A stretch of DNA of 64,000 bases from an uncultured Bacteroidales bacterium (GTDB lineage Bacteria; Bacteroidota; Bacteroidia; Bacteroidales; B18-G4), in assembly GCA_963753835.1 (NCBI GenBank), contig CAVWDP010000002.1:99495-163494 (forward strand), read 5' to 3'. Positions 9,548 through 20,190 of this stretch are shown here, piece by piece (the stretch's first letter is position 1; each line of letters starts with the position of its first letter). A program made the translations under genes and the position numbers. Below the pieces are notes generated by a model. The model had not been told where the DNA came from and did no database searches. It saw only the letters and a program-made list of their open reading frames with translations.

Positions 9548-9702
9548 TATAGATGTTGGATTATGGATTATGGATCCTTCGACTACGCTCAGGACAGGTT
9601 GTTGGATGAAAATTTAATTATTCACTTCACCATTCTTATTCTTATTCCTTGCTTTGCAACCCGAAGTCTGAAAGACGAAGGGGTGTTCCTCTGTTCTCTA
9701 TT

Positions 9703-10029
9703 CTACTGGATACCTTTAAAAATATCCTGAATAAAGTTTCCTATCAGGGGTACGGGTTTGGTCTCTCCCTGGGCTGCAGAGATAAGTCCCATGATCCAGA
9801 GCACAAAAAGAAAAATGGCTGCCAGCCAGCCTATGATCGGGATCCAGAAGATCACCCATCCGATAATCCCAATGATATTTATTCCGAGCGACTGACGGAG
9901 GTGGTAAACGGCAAGCTCCGACTTGTCGTTTTGATACAAAACAAATGCAATGATCCAGCCGATAAGGGAAAGATAGCTTACTATGGCGATCAGTTGGCCA
10001 TTTGCTGAGGGTTGTTGTTGTTGTTCCAT
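9703..10029 (-). CDS. Small integral membrane protein (DUF4870-like topology)
   Basis: 108 aa with three hydrophobic segments. The overlapping plus-strand ORF 9649..10008 looks non-coding (charged, low complexity). Confidence 0.55.
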   Translation of the reverse strand: MEQQQQPSANGQLIAIVSYLSLIGWIIAFVLYQNDKSELAVYHLRQSLGINIIGIIGWVIFWIPIIGWLAAIFLFVLWIMGLISAAQGETKPVPLIGNFIQDIFKGIQ

Positions 10030-10101
10030 GGGTTTTGGTTTATTGTTAATATCGTTAATACGAAGATATTAAAAATTCACCCAACACTCAACACCTAACA
10101 C

Positions 10102-10866
10102 CTAAAACCTTAATGATAAACAGCTCAGCCCTCCATCCAGCTTCCTGAACTCAGACATGTCAAGAACAATAGTTTCATAACCGGCCGACACTATGTTTTT
10201 TAATGTTACAGGATATCCATCAGGTACAAGTACCGTCCCATTCAACCAAAGAGAATTGGCCGCATAAGATTCATTGTCAGGTACTGGAATGATGTCGAAA
10301 TGATGGAAAGCAGGATGTTTATCTAAGGCATCCACGGCAAGCAATATATTGTTTTCAAGGTATGAAACCCCTGACTTAAGATGCAACATGCCCGATATTT
10401 CAACAATCACAGCTGTCATACCATTTTTTTCAAGGATACTGATCAATTGTTCAGCTCCTTCAATATTTGTCCGATCAGAGAGCCCGATAAAAAAATGATC
10501 CCCACACATCATCACATCTCCGGCCTCCAGTGTTCCTGGTGAACGGATGTATTCAATATTATTATAAAACCTTTTAATGCTTGTCTCCATGCCATATACT
10601 TCTCCTCTGCGTGATGGGGCGCCCGGATTTGTAATTACCGCAACACTTTTACATAGTAATGCAGTGTCTTCAACAAAGGTGCTGTCGGGGTATTCAATAT
10701 CCGGAGGAAGAAGCGTAACATCAAGTTTGCAAGCCTGAAGTGCGTTCACATATTGTTCGTGTTGCAACAAGGCAAGATAAAAGTCCGGGATCCCCAAACC
10801 TGAAGAACTTAGCCCCTCGCTTATATTTTCACAGGGGGTGCGTACAATGGCATTGGTAAAATGCAT
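10102..10866 (-). CDS. Dimethylarginine dimethylaminohydrolase / amidinotransferase-fold enzyme
   Basis: 254 aa starting [11 protein letters not shown], with [13 protein letters not shown] and a C-terminal catalytic-Cys context [11 protein letters not shown] typical of the DDAH/arginine deiminase fold. Confidence 0.75.
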   Translation of the reverse strand: MHFTNAIVRTPCENISEGLSSSGLGIPDFYLALLQHEQYVNALQACKLDVTLLPPDIEYPDSTFVEDTALLCKSVAVITNPGAPSRRGEVYGMETSIKRFYNNIEYIRSPGTLEAGDVMMCGDHFFIGLSDRTNIEGAEQLISILEKNGMTAVIVEISGMLHLKSGVSYLENNILLAVDALDKHPAFHHFDIIPVPDNESYAANSLWLNGTVLVPDGYPVTLKNIVSAGYETIVLDMSEFRKLDGGLSCLSLRF

Positions 10867-10916
10867 GAGGTAAAGTTAATAAATATAGGCGTTGGGCATT
10901 GGGCGTTGGGCAATGT

Positions 10917-10974
<58 letters not shown>

Positions 10975-11127
10975 GAAAATGACCAACAAATTTAAAGAAC
11001 TTTTTAAGCGAATAATTCATCCAGCATCCAACACTCAACATACAACCCTGCCTGCCGGCAGGCAGGACCCAACACCCAACATCTTCATGGTTTTGCATTC
11101 ATCGGCATATTATTGTATATTTATTCC

Positions 11128-12135
11128 ATGGCGCAGGTACCCGATTTCCAGAAAACACTTTTTGAAGAGATACGAGAACGTCTACCAACAGATGCTTCTT
11201 TTGTTCATGAGATCGCCGAATTGCTTGGCATTAGCTACGATAGTGCCTACCGACGTATTCGTGGAGAAAAAGCACTGGATATCCAGGATCTTTATATCCT
11301 TGCTGACTCATATAGCCTTTCGATCGACACCCTTTTCAAACGCCATGGAAATAAAATAGTTTTTGATTATTTCACCCTTGAGCCGGAAAAACTTGGGATG
11401 AAAGAATGGCTGGGCCTCATCCTGGCAGATACAAAAGAAACTGCACAGGCTTCCAATAAGCAGATTGTTTATGCTGCCAAAGATCCGCCAGTGTTTCATA
11501 ATTTTCAGATCCCTGAACTTGCAGCATTCAAGCTCTTTTTCTGGCAAAAGACCCTCTGCCAGTTCCCTGAATTTAAAGACAAGAAACTGCGCCTGGATGA
11601 TGCTGATATGAAGATCATCAATATGGGAAGGCAACTTTTATCTGTTTCCAACAAGATCCCAACCATTGAGATCTGGAACGAAGACACCTTTAACATTACA
11701 CTCAGGCAGATAGAGTATTATAAGGTATCAGGCTATTTTGAGAAAGAAGATGATGTTATAAATCTATGTGATAAACTTGAAAAATGGGTAGAGCATATCA
11801 GAAAGCAGGCCGAGTGCGGTTTTAAGTTTCTCTATGGTGAACCGGCTGAAGGCCTGGAAAATACTTTCAGTATGTATGAAAATGAAGTAGTGCTGAACGA
11901 CAATACAATTCTGGTTAGGAGGGATGAAACCACAACAGTGTATCTCACTTTCAATACACTGAGTCTTTTAATTACCAAGAGCCCCGCATTTTGCCTGAAC
12001 GTAGATAACTATTTTAACCAGCTTATCAGAAAATCCAACCAGATCAGTGTGTCCGGATCCAAGGAAAGAAATCGTTTCTTTAATAAACTCCTTCATACTA
12101 TTGAAGGATTCAGGAAAAGGATGGAGCAGCAATAG
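11128..12135 (+). CDS. Helix-turn-helix transcriptional regulator (BetR-like N-terminal HTH, uncharacterised C-terminal domain)
   Basis: ATG at 11128 (MAQVPDFQKTL); the tracked ORF start at 11113 is TTG. The N-terminal segment IAELLGISYDSAYRRIRGE is a classic HTH. Confidence 0.65.
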   Translation: MAQVPDFQKTLFEEIRERLPTDASFVHEIAELLGISYDSAYRRIRGEKALDIQDLYILADSYSLSIDTLFKRHGNKIVFDYFTLEPEKLGMKEWLGLILADTKETAQASNKQIVYAAKDPPVFHNFQIPELAAFKLFFWQKTLCQFPEFKDKKLRLDDADMKIINMGRQLLSVSNKIPTIEIWNEDTFNITLRQIEYYKVSGYFEKEDDVINLCDKLEKWVEHIRKQAECGFKFLYGEPAEGLENTFSMYENEVVLNDNTILVRRDETTTVYLTFNTLSLLITKSPAFCLNVDNYFNQLIRKSNQISVSGSKERNRFFNKLLHTIEGFRKRMEQQ

Positions 12136-12381
12136 TATTCCTTTATTTATTTTTTGAATAATTTCCCAGAGCAGGCAAATTAAGCCCTCCGATTAGTAAA
12201 TTTTGCAATTCATCATACCGAGGATACTTCCGGATTTGCAAAAACTGCAAATTTCAAGACTTCCCTCCCGCAAATCAATTTTGTTTGACATGCGTACCCC
12301 ATTAATTTTGAGGCATTAAGGCAAACCAAACGCATAACATTAATCTGGCTCGAGAAGATTTAAGAATCAAATTCAGCACAG

Positions 12382-13449
12382 ATGAAAACGCGAATCCTTA
12401 CACTGATCATCCTGCTTTTTGGGATGACTCTTCGGGCACAAGACCTCAGCCATTGTATCTCAGATACACTGTGGATGAAGTCAGGCGAAGTGATCGCCTG
12501 TAAGATCTCAACGATAGACGAAAAGAATAAGCTGATTACAATCCAACAATGCGATACCAGTGGTGTTTTGAACTATACTCCAATAGACTTATACCTTGTC
12601 AAGGACTATACTTCTGGTCAGGTGATCCAGGCCGAAGATGAACAAGGACAAAAATACAAAGTTGAATTGCTGGATGGTACCAGGCTAACCGGAACGATCA
12701 TATCTGAGAACGACTCCATCATTGTAATGGATTTGCCTGACCTGGGTGAACTCAGTATCCGCAGAGATAAGATCGACAAAATGATCTCTTCCGATGCATC
12801 AGCAGATGTAAAGAAATCACTGTGGTTTAAAAATCCCAATGCCACCCGTTTATTGTTTGCGCCCACCGCCATTCCCTTAAAGAAAGGAGAGGGATATTAT
12901 CAGAATATCTATATCGTAGCCAACATGTTTAACTATGGTGTTCTGGATAATTTATCCATCGGTGGAGGATTTGATTTTATCAGCATGTTTGCAAACTTCG
13001 GTGATGGTTGGAGCCCCATCCTGAATTTTAATGCCAAGACCGGCTTCAAAGTACATGACTATGTGCATGTTGGGGCAGGAGGAATATATGCGACCCAGAT
13101 CAATAACTTCTCTGCAGGAATAGTTTATGGACTGGGCACTTTTGGGACTTATAACAGCAATTTTACGTGCGGCCTGGGATGGGGCTTTGTAGATGGGAGC
13201 TTTGAAGAAAAACCCTTCATTATGCTTGGGGGGATGGTCAGGTGTTCTGAGAAAATCTGGTTCGTGTCAGAAAACTGGCTGGCCCCTCTTGATACAGACA
13301 ATAAATATTATTTAGCCGTTTCCTACGGGGTTAGATTCTCCGGTAAAAGGATGAGTGTAGACCTGGGATTTATCAATAGCAAAGATATTGTGGAGGTGCT
13401 CTTCATCGGCATCCCCTATGTTGATTTTGTAATAAAATTTGGAAAATAA
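12382..13449 (+). CDS. Hypothetical secreted/outer-membrane protein
   Basis: 355-aa ORF with signal peptide MKTRILTLIILLFGMTLRAQ. The C-terminal half is rich in G/F/Y, beta-barrel-like. No family recognised. Confidence 0.5.
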   Translation: MKTRILTLIILLFGMTLRAQDLSHCISDTLWMKSGEVIACKISTIDEKNKLITIQQCDTSGVLNYTPIDLYLVKDYTSGQVIQAEDEQGQKYKVELLDGTRLTGTIISENDSIIVMDLPDLGELSIRRDKIDKMISSDASADVKKSLWFKNPNATRLLFAPTAIPLKKGEGYYQNIYIVANMFNYGVLDNLSIGGGFDFISMFANFGDGWSPILNFNAKTGFKVHDYVHVGAGGIYATQINNFSAGIVYGLGTFGTYNSNFTCGLGWGFVDGSFEEKPFIMLGGMVRCSEKIWFVSENWLAPLDTDNKYYLAVSYGVRFSGKRMSVDLGFINSKDIVEVLFIGIPYVDFVIKFGK

Positions 13450-13478
13450 CACATGAGCGCATCATTTAACTATGAATC

Positions 13479-14399
13479 ATGGAAACAAAAATTATTAAAG
13501 ACATTGCCCTGAAGGATCAGATCCTGGGGTATGTTTCATCTGAGATCGCCAGATTAGAAAAGGAACATGATAAAAAGCCCGGAATTGCTTTTATAGGTTT
13601 TATGGGTGTTCCGCTGGGGAAATACAATATCCCCTTTCATATAAATTTAGCCCAGCAAATAGGGTTTAAAGTATTTAACGAAACCCAGCCGGACGATATC
13701 ACTGAAGAGGAATTATTTCAACGAATAGATGAGCTGAACAAAAACAATGAGGTTCACGCCATCGTATTGCTCCAGCCCCTGCCATCACATCTTATCCCTG
13801 TGAGGATCATGAACAGGATTAATCCGGAAAAAGAGGTTGAAGGTTTTCATCCGCAGAATATGCTCAAGACCCTGATGCCGGATATAGCTGAGGATCTCTA
13901 TCCCATGTGCCTGCCAACAGCCTTATATGAGCTGTTCAGAAGCAACGAGATCGAAGTCAAAAAAGATGATGAATGGGTGCTTTTGCTGGATGAGGAATTT
14001 TTTTCAAATCAGCTGGTAAATATGGTTACCCGATCAGCTTTTATCAAGGCAGTGCCCGATGATTGCATTTTAACAATCGTCAATAGAAAATCACAAAAAC
14101 TAATAGAGTATTGTTCAAGAGCCGACTTCCTGGTGGTGGTAACCAAAGAACCAGAATATGTGCAGGCCAGCTGGTTAAAAGAAGGTGTCTGCATCATTGA
14201 TATTTACTCAAACCTGGTTAAAGAGGTTCCATCAAAAAAAGAACCCGAGCGAATGGTGCCGATAGTCAGGGGAGGGGTGAATGTGGAGTCTGTTCAAAAT
14301 AAGGCAAAAGCCATTCTTCCCATACCCGGAGGATTGATGACGGTAGTCCTTGCGATCCTGTTTCGTAATGCATTGAGCGCATTTATGAAAACTATATAA
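13479..14399 (+). CDS. FolD-like (methylene-THF dehydrogenase/cyclohydrolase fold) protein, probably catalytically degenerate
   Basis: 306 aa with FolD landmarks LLQPLP, EVEGFHP and PIPGG. The Rossmann GxSxxxG loop region reads LLLDEEFFSNQL, and the catalytic Lys position appears substituted (alignment by eye). Confidence 0.6.
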   Translation: METKIIKDIALKDQILGYVSSEIARLEKEHDKKPGIAFIGFMGVPLGKYNIPFHINLAQQIGFKVFNETQPDDITEEELFQRIDELNKNNEVHAIVLLQPLPSHLIPVRIMNRINPEKEVEGFHPQNMLKTLMPDIAEDLYPMCLPTALYELFRSNEIEVKKDDEWVLLLDEEFFSNQLVNMVTRSAFIKAVPDDCILTIVNRKSQKLIEYCSRADFLVVVTKEPEYVQASWLKEGVCIIDIYSNLVKEVPSKKEPERMVPIVRGGVNVESVQNKAKAILPIPGGLMTVVLAILFRNALSAFMKTI

Positions 14400-14470
14400 A
14401 ATCCCGGTTACAGTGCGTAACCATAAGAAAAGAAAAACCTAATTAACAAATTTTAATGGAGGAAAGAACT

Positions 14471-15599
14471 ATGAAAAAAACAGAATTGAAAAAGAAACCA
14501 ATCATGCTCAGTATGATGCTGCTTGGCTGCATAAGCTTATCGGTATTTGTTCTGAGCTGCACAGCCTTGACAGGCTGACAACGAAGTGATGGCTGCCTAT
14601 GAAGTCCGGATGAGCGGACATGCTGACTCAGCAATTGCCATGCTGGATGAATTTATCCTGGCACATCCTGACAATGCAATGGCATATTATGAGCGGGCCA
14701 GGGCCATAAAGCATTTCAGCGAGGGTAGTAAGCTTGTCAGTGGGCCTGAGGACGTCGTAAAGGCGATCCAGGATGTAGTAGCCGATGCAAAAATAGCTAC
14801 CGAGTTGGATCCTGAAAACATGATCTATGCATCTTACTATGCGCGCAGTAAATTCTTAGCTGTATATATTGCTCTGATGATGGGTCAGGAAGACATTGGG
14901 GAGATGCTCAATGAAGCATTCATAGCCTATGAGAAAACACTGGAACTGGATCCATGTTTTGTGCCAACCCTGGTCAGCTTATCAGAAATATATTCTATGT
15001 TACCTGAAGAAATGGGCGGAGATCTTGCTGAAGCTGAATATTTTGCTAAAGTCCTGGAAGAATGTGACCCTGTGCAAGGTTTAAGGGCACAGGCCATGTT
15101 TATAGATGAGTATGCCGATTTTAGACTGTTCTGGCAGAAAGCATATGAATCTAATGGTGCCAACGCCATTATTTCTGAAGAACTGGGTCGGGCTTACCTG
15201 CTCGAAGGAGACATTGATAATGGCAAAAAATATATTGATGAAGCTGTTTCATTGAATCCCGAGAATAGCATTATCATTATTGATCTTGCAAGAGCATGCA
15301 TGATGAGTGCGATGGAAAAACAAGACAAAAGCCTGGGTCAGGAAGCAATAGATGAATCCAAGCGATACCTTGAACTGAATCCGGATGCACCTGGGCCAAT
15401 AAAAGCCTATGTCTACAATATGATGGGAATGATCAGTGGAAGGATTCTTGGAGATCAGCCGCTTGCTGAAGAGTATATGGAGAAAAAGAAAGAACTTGAT
15501 CGTTTCTGTTCAAGGGCATCTGGATCTCCTGGTATGGGATTATATGCTCCGCCAGACGTATTGGTGGCTGATGTTAGATATTATTCCAGGCCATTCTAA
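14471..15599 (+). pseudogene. TPR-repeat lipoprotein, frame break between signal peptide and TPR body
   Basis: ATG at 14471 encodes MKKTELKKKPIMLSMMLLGCISLSVFVLSC...TG then TGA at 14576. The TPR ORF (14586..15599) is open from 14571 in another frame. One indel near 14571-14576 joins them. Confidence 0.55.
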
Positions 15600-15632
15600 T
15601 TTCTCTCATTATTAAACTTTAATTATAAAAAC

Positions 15633-15956
15633 ATGGAAAAGAAATCTAAAGCCCCACTCATATACGGTTATGCCGTATGCCTTGTAGCGGTAATCACATT
15701 TCTGATTGCCATTGCCGGGATTATTTTTGCTGTGATGGACCTGGGCGATCCATTATATGCCGGCAATAATTACAATAAGGAAAGTATAGCCTCATTTGAA
15801 AACTATAAAATGGATATGTTAAAATCCCAGGGTGATAAGGAGACATGGTCTCCTGATGACGCAACCCTGAAAGCCATGTATGAGGCTGAAAAGGATGACC
15901 GTATACGCAGGGTAAACATAATTCAATGCGCAGTATATACATTCATGGCATATTGA
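15633..15956 (+). CDS. Small membrane protein, function unknown (C-terminus possibly frame-shifted)
   Basis: 107-aa ORF with an N-terminal TM helix. Just past the stop, another frame encodes a hydrophobic stretch plus HWSWMRRLGKKAERINN, which suggests a lost C-terminal TM. Confidence 0.45.
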   Translation: MEKKSKAPLIYGYAVCLVAVITFLIAIAGIIFAVMDLGDPLYAGNNYNKESIASFENYKMDMLKSQGDKETWSPDDATLKAMYEAEKDDRIRRVNIIQCAVYTFMAY

Positions 15957-16118
15957 TCATTATCTGTCTGTATCTTATTCTTTACGCACTGGAGCTGGAT
16001 GCGCAGACTTGGCAAGAAGGCGGAGCGTATTAATAATTAATATTCTTAATGAACACAAGGCAGGCTTTCATTGTTTATGTATAACTTTATAATACCGCGA
16101 AACCGGAACCATTATAAC

Positions 16119-16638
16119 ATGAGAAACATGAAAGCCAGCCTTTTCATTTTGTATTTACTTTTAGTTATACCAGCTTCATTTTCTCAGGAAGCGGCTGAAG
16201 AACATGATCATAATCATGATCATATAAGCCATGGACACTTTGAAATGAAAAATGAAGTTGGTGGAGCCATTGGTGCGGTTTTTATGTTGGAAGAGCAGGG
16301 GACGTCTTTGGGATTTCATTTACATTATTATCGGAGACTGCCCGGTAAAATGAAGCGTTTTGGTATTTCGCCTGGTCGTTGCATTCGTTTTTGGTGATCA
16401 CAGGCATTATACACTACATTTAATGATGGTGTATAGCCCTATCCATGGATGGTGGGTCAGTGCCGGTCCGGGCCTTACTTATATAGATCATGATAGTGAA
16501 TTTGTGGGATCTGCCCATATTGAAACAGGCTATGAGTTTGATCTTGGAAAGTTGCATTTAGGGCCGGTCGTGGAGTATTCCTGGGCAAAAGAAGGGCAGC
16601 ATATTATGCTTGGCCTGCACCTGGGAGTGCCTTTTTAA
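16119..16638 (+). pseudogene. His-rich secreted/outer-membrane small protein, single frame break
   Basis: ORFs 16071..16397 and 16360..16638 overlap in different frames. The signal peptide is MRNMKASLFILYLLLVIPASFSQ, followed by a HDHNHDH tract. The second part ends in the beta-strand-like LGLHLGVPF. Confidence 0.5.
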
Positions 16639-16697
16639 CAAAATACATGTCCACAGCACCTTTATGCTTGGCTTCGATCTTCCCCCTGTGGACACAT

Positions 16698-18602
16698 TCA
16701 AACTGTCTTCCTGACCAGATTATAGGTAGTACCCGAGATATTCACTTCTCCGATTTCCCCACTTGATTCCATTCTAGAGGCGATGTTCACGGTATCTCCC
16801 CAAATATCATACTGGAATTTTTTAATCCCAACGATCCCCGCAACAACAGGTCCTGTATTTATGCCGATCCTGATCTCAAAGTAAGGAAGGCCCTTGCTGG
16901 TCCTGTTTTCCTTTAGCGCAAGCATAAAATCACGAATTTCCATGGCTGCGCGTACTACATCAGAAGGGTTTGTTTTGTTGGGGATTGGCAATCCTCCTGC
17001 ACACATATAGGCATCACCGATGGTTTTGATCTTTTCTATATTGTAATTGGCAATGATGTTGTCAAAAGCTTTAAAGCAATGATCGATCTCTGCCACCAGT
17101 TCATCAGGGCTCAGCACCTCTGCCATCTTTGTGAAACCTGCGAAATCAGTGAACAAAACAGTCACCATCTCAAAGCTCCTTGCTTTGGAGCTCCCTTTTT
17201 CTTTAAGCTCCTCAGCAGTTTCTTCAGGGAGAATATTGAGCAGCAGCTTATCCGACTTCTCCTTTTCATCCTGGATGATCACATTCTTTTCTGCCAATGT
17301 ATTCCTTGTCCTTCGCACGTATCGGTAGCGGTGCAAGAGTAAGAGAGCTAACAGGAGAATTCCCCCACCCAGTCCTGCCACAGAATTTCTGATGATCTTT
17401 TGTCGCCTGATCATGAGGTCCTGTATCTTCGCGTCTTTATTGAGCAGGTCGATCTCTGCCTTCACCTGTTCATCTTCAAATTCATTGATTTTTTCCAGGG
17501 CCTTGTTTTTTTCCGTATCAAGGAGGCTCAGGCGCTCTTCATTATATTTTTCCTTGTACAAGTAGGCATTTTCAAAGTCACCAAGCCTGAAATATATATC
17601 CGCTAGTCCATCGTAAATTTCCAATTGATTTTGCCTGGCACCAAGACTGTTAGCCATGCTTTCAGCAAGCAGGTAATTTTTAAGTGATTTTTTATAAAAT
17701 TCCTGGTCTCTGTAAATTTCGGCAGTGGTAATAAAATAAACAAGCTTGCCTATCTCATCATTGGTCTGCAGGGCAAGCGTATATGATTGCTCGGCAAATG
17801 AAAGGGCCAGGCCGAATTTTTGCATATTTTTGTAGGTGATTGCCATATTTGACAGGGTGATCGACATGTCAACCTTATTATCCAGGTCTTTTTGTATCAT
17901 AAAAGCCTTGGTATAATATTCCAGGGCCTTTTCGTGCTCATCAAGCTCAGAGTAAACAGTTCCGATATTTCCATAGTTCTTCACCAGCCGACTGTGATCT
18001 TCATTTTTTTCATTGATGATGATGGCCTGTTCATAGTAGTATATGGCCTGATCATTCATTCCCATCTCTGAGTACCTGGACCCAAGGCTGTTGTAAACTT
18101 TGGCCATGCTCAATGAATCTTCTGTCTGGATAAAAATTTCAAGGGCCTTCATTAAGTATTCCAGGGAGAGCTCCAGCTGTCCCATGATGGAATAAACGAT
18201 CCCGTAATTATTATAGATGTTGCCCTGATCTTCCTTCAGGTCATATTTTATTGCCATCGACAGGGCAGAATCATACATCATGATGGCAGAATCATATTGT
18301 CCGTTCAGGTCATGACTGATGCCCTGGTACATGATCATTCGTGGGACTACCCTGTGATATGAAGAAGAAAGGGCGATATCCAATACACGCTTTGCATCCT
18401 CCATCGACTGATCGGGATCATTATACAGATCGTTATTAATACAGTGGCATAATTCAAAGAAGGTGTTGGTATCAATATTTCCACCCTCCAGTTCCCTGAA
18501 CAGGCTATCACTGAAATGCCGGTTCTGGGCACTTAGGGTACCGGCCAGACAAAAAAGTGAAAAACCGATAAAGAAAATTGAAAAAAACCTCAACATCTGC
18601 AA
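16698..18602 (-). CDS. Class III adenylate/guanylate cyclase with N-terminal TPR sensor region and one TM helix
   Basis: 634 aa with TPR-like repeats, a TM segment (GLGGGILLLALLLL), and a CYC domain (VLFTDFAGFT, IKTIGDAYM, GINTGPVVAGIVG, YDIWGDTVNIASRMES). Confidence 0.85.
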   Translation of the reverse strand: MQMLRFFSIFFIGFSLFCLAGTLSAQNRHFSDSLFRELEGGNIDTNTFFELCHCINNDLYNDPDQSMEDAKRVLDIALSSSYHRVVPRMIMYQGISHDLNGQYDSAIMMYDSALSMAIKYDLKEDQGNIYNNYGIVYSIMGQLELSLEYLMKALEIFIQTEDSLSMAKVYNSLGSRYSEMGMNDQAIYYYEQAIIINEKNEDHSRLVKNYGNIGTVYSELDEHEKALEYYTKAFMIQKDLDNKVDMSITLSNMAITYKNMQKFGLALSFAEQSYTLALQTNDEIGKLVYFITTAEIYRDQEFYKKSLKNYLLAESMANSLGARQNQLEIYDGLADIYFRLGDFENAYLYKEKYNEERLSLLDTEKNKALEKINEFEDEQVKAEIDLLNKDAKIQDLMIRRQKIIRNSVAGLGGGILLLALLLLHRYRYVRRTRNTLAEKNVIIQDEKEKSDKLLLNILPEETAEELKEKGSSKARSFEMVTVLFTDFAGFTKMAEVLSPDELVAEIDHCFKAFDNIIANYNIEKIKTIGDAYMCAGGLPIPNKTNPSDVVRAAMEIRDFMLALKENRTSKGLPYFEIRIGINTGPVVAGIVGIKKFQYDIWGDTVNIASRMESSGEIGEVNISGTTYNLVRKTV

Positions 18603-18818
18603 GAATTATTTATGCTGTTATTTCAAAAGTAAGTATTAAACATACAACACATTCATTTTGATCATTTGTACGAATATTTTGCCTCATAGTTATGATAAGA
18701 TGAACAAATAAATTTTGCTATCGTTTATTAAACAGCAAAACAACAGCCAATAGCTCATTTGCTTTGACTGGATGCATTTGTTATATTTGATTAATATTCA
18801 TATTAAACCCGGGAACCA

Positions 18819-19451
18819 ATGAAAAACCTATTTAGAGTATTCAGTTTATTTGCAATGGTATTTTTGACTGGAATTAGTGTATACGGACAGGAATATGACT
18901 GTAATACTGAAAACAACCAATTTAGAACCAAGAAAAACCAATGGATCATTAAGAATCCAGACAAGCCCTTTTCTGCATCTGATATTTCAGCCTTCAATGG
19001 TTTGTTTTATTACCCAACCGACTGTAAGTATGTATATAAAGGAAAATTGACACGCAATGAGCCCATGAAAATTGTCAATGTAGCAACAAGCAAAGGCGGA
19101 ACAATGCAGCTTTATGATTATGGTACGGTAAGTTGTCAGATTGGGCAGGAAGAATATAATCTGACTGTATATAAAAACATTGATATGCCGGAGTTCAGCA
19201 ATTCCCCGGAAACATTATTTATTCCATTTATGGACGAAACCTCAGGCCCACCGCCCAAAACTACTTTTGCTTCCGGGCGTTACCTTATCGTTCAGGCTCC
19301 TGCCAGTGGAAACAAGCTTGTACTGGACTTTAACAGGGCAACAAACCCTTTCGAAAACTATAACAGCAATTATCCCACTTTGGTGGTTCCCGATCCAAAT
19401 GTTATCCGTGTTCCCCTGGATACTGGTGAGAGAAAGTATGAAGACCGGTAA
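18819..19451 (+). CDS. DUF1684-like secreted protein
   Basis: 210-aa ORF with a signal peptide. The FNGLFYYPTD...YVYKGKL pattern is recalled from DUF1684 proteins. Assignment is from memory only. Confidence 0.5.
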   Translation: MKNLFRVFSLFAMVFLTGISVYGQEYDCNTENNQFRTKKNQWIIKNPDKPFSASDISAFNGLFYYPTDCKYVYKGKLTRNEPMKIVNVATSKGGTMQLYDYGTVSCQIGQEEYNLTVYKNIDMPEFSNSPETLFIPFMDETSGPPPKTTFASGRYLIVQAPASGNKLVLDFNRATNPFENYNSNYPTLVVPDPNVIRVPLDTGERKYEDR

Positions 19452-19495
19452 ATTGTAAAATATTTGGTACTTTGTCAGCAGAAAAACGGAAACAA

Positions 19496-20033
19496 ATGAA
19501 GCGTTTTCTCACAATTATAGTATTTCTGATTCTGCTCACTTCATGTGATCATGTGATCTTTTTGGAGCCTCAACCCCGAAAAGTCAAGACCATTAAAAGA
19601 AATACCTACCTCACTTCAGGGGATATATCTGGATGGTGATGGAGATACGCTATATGTTCATGAGCACTCATTTGCCTATAGTTCTGATGAATTTCATTCC
19701 CCGGATAAGATGCATCTTTCTGATTCTTCAGTATTGAAGGAATATTATGACCATTATTTTTATAGTACACCGCTGTTCCTTGAAGAGGGGAAGTTCTGGG
19801 TCAGTTATATCCTACGCTTAAATGAAGATGGTGCTGGCTTTGAACTATATGCTATGGATCCGGGTGATGTTGTTAAGCTGGCTAAACTTCAGGAGATCAC
19901 TTCCAAGATACGTGATATAGAGGGAGATAATCAAAGTTATTATCTCTTCAATCCTAAAAAGAAACACTATAAAAAGATCATATCCGATACTATTTTCTCG
20001 AAGATGATCTCTTTTAGGAAAATAGGGAATTAG
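19496..20033 (+). pseudogene. Lipoprotein, function unknown, frame break in an A4 run
   Basis: ATG at 19496 gives MKRFLTIIVFLILLTSC (lipobox) and terminates at TGA near 19637. The frame of ORF 19710..20033 is open back to the A-run at 19595-19598 (ATTAAAAGAAAT). One extra A would join the two. Confidence 0.55.
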
Positions 20034-20121
20034 GAAATAATAAGCCCCATGGGGTGAAATTCTAAATTCTAATAACTAAATTCTAAATAAATTTCAAATT
20101 CTAAATCTCAAAATTTAAAAA

Positions 20122-20145
20122 CCCCCTCGCCAACAGGAGAGGGGG
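20122..20145. terminator. Bidirectional terminator-like hairpin between convergent genes
   Basis: CCCCCTC-GCCAACAGGA-GAGGGGG, a 7-bp GC stem preceded by an A-run. The same module occurs inverted at 23575-23598. Confidence 0.5.
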
Positions 20146-20190
20146 TGAGGTGCATTTAGATTTATTTCAGAATAGTTCCCAGAGCATGAA

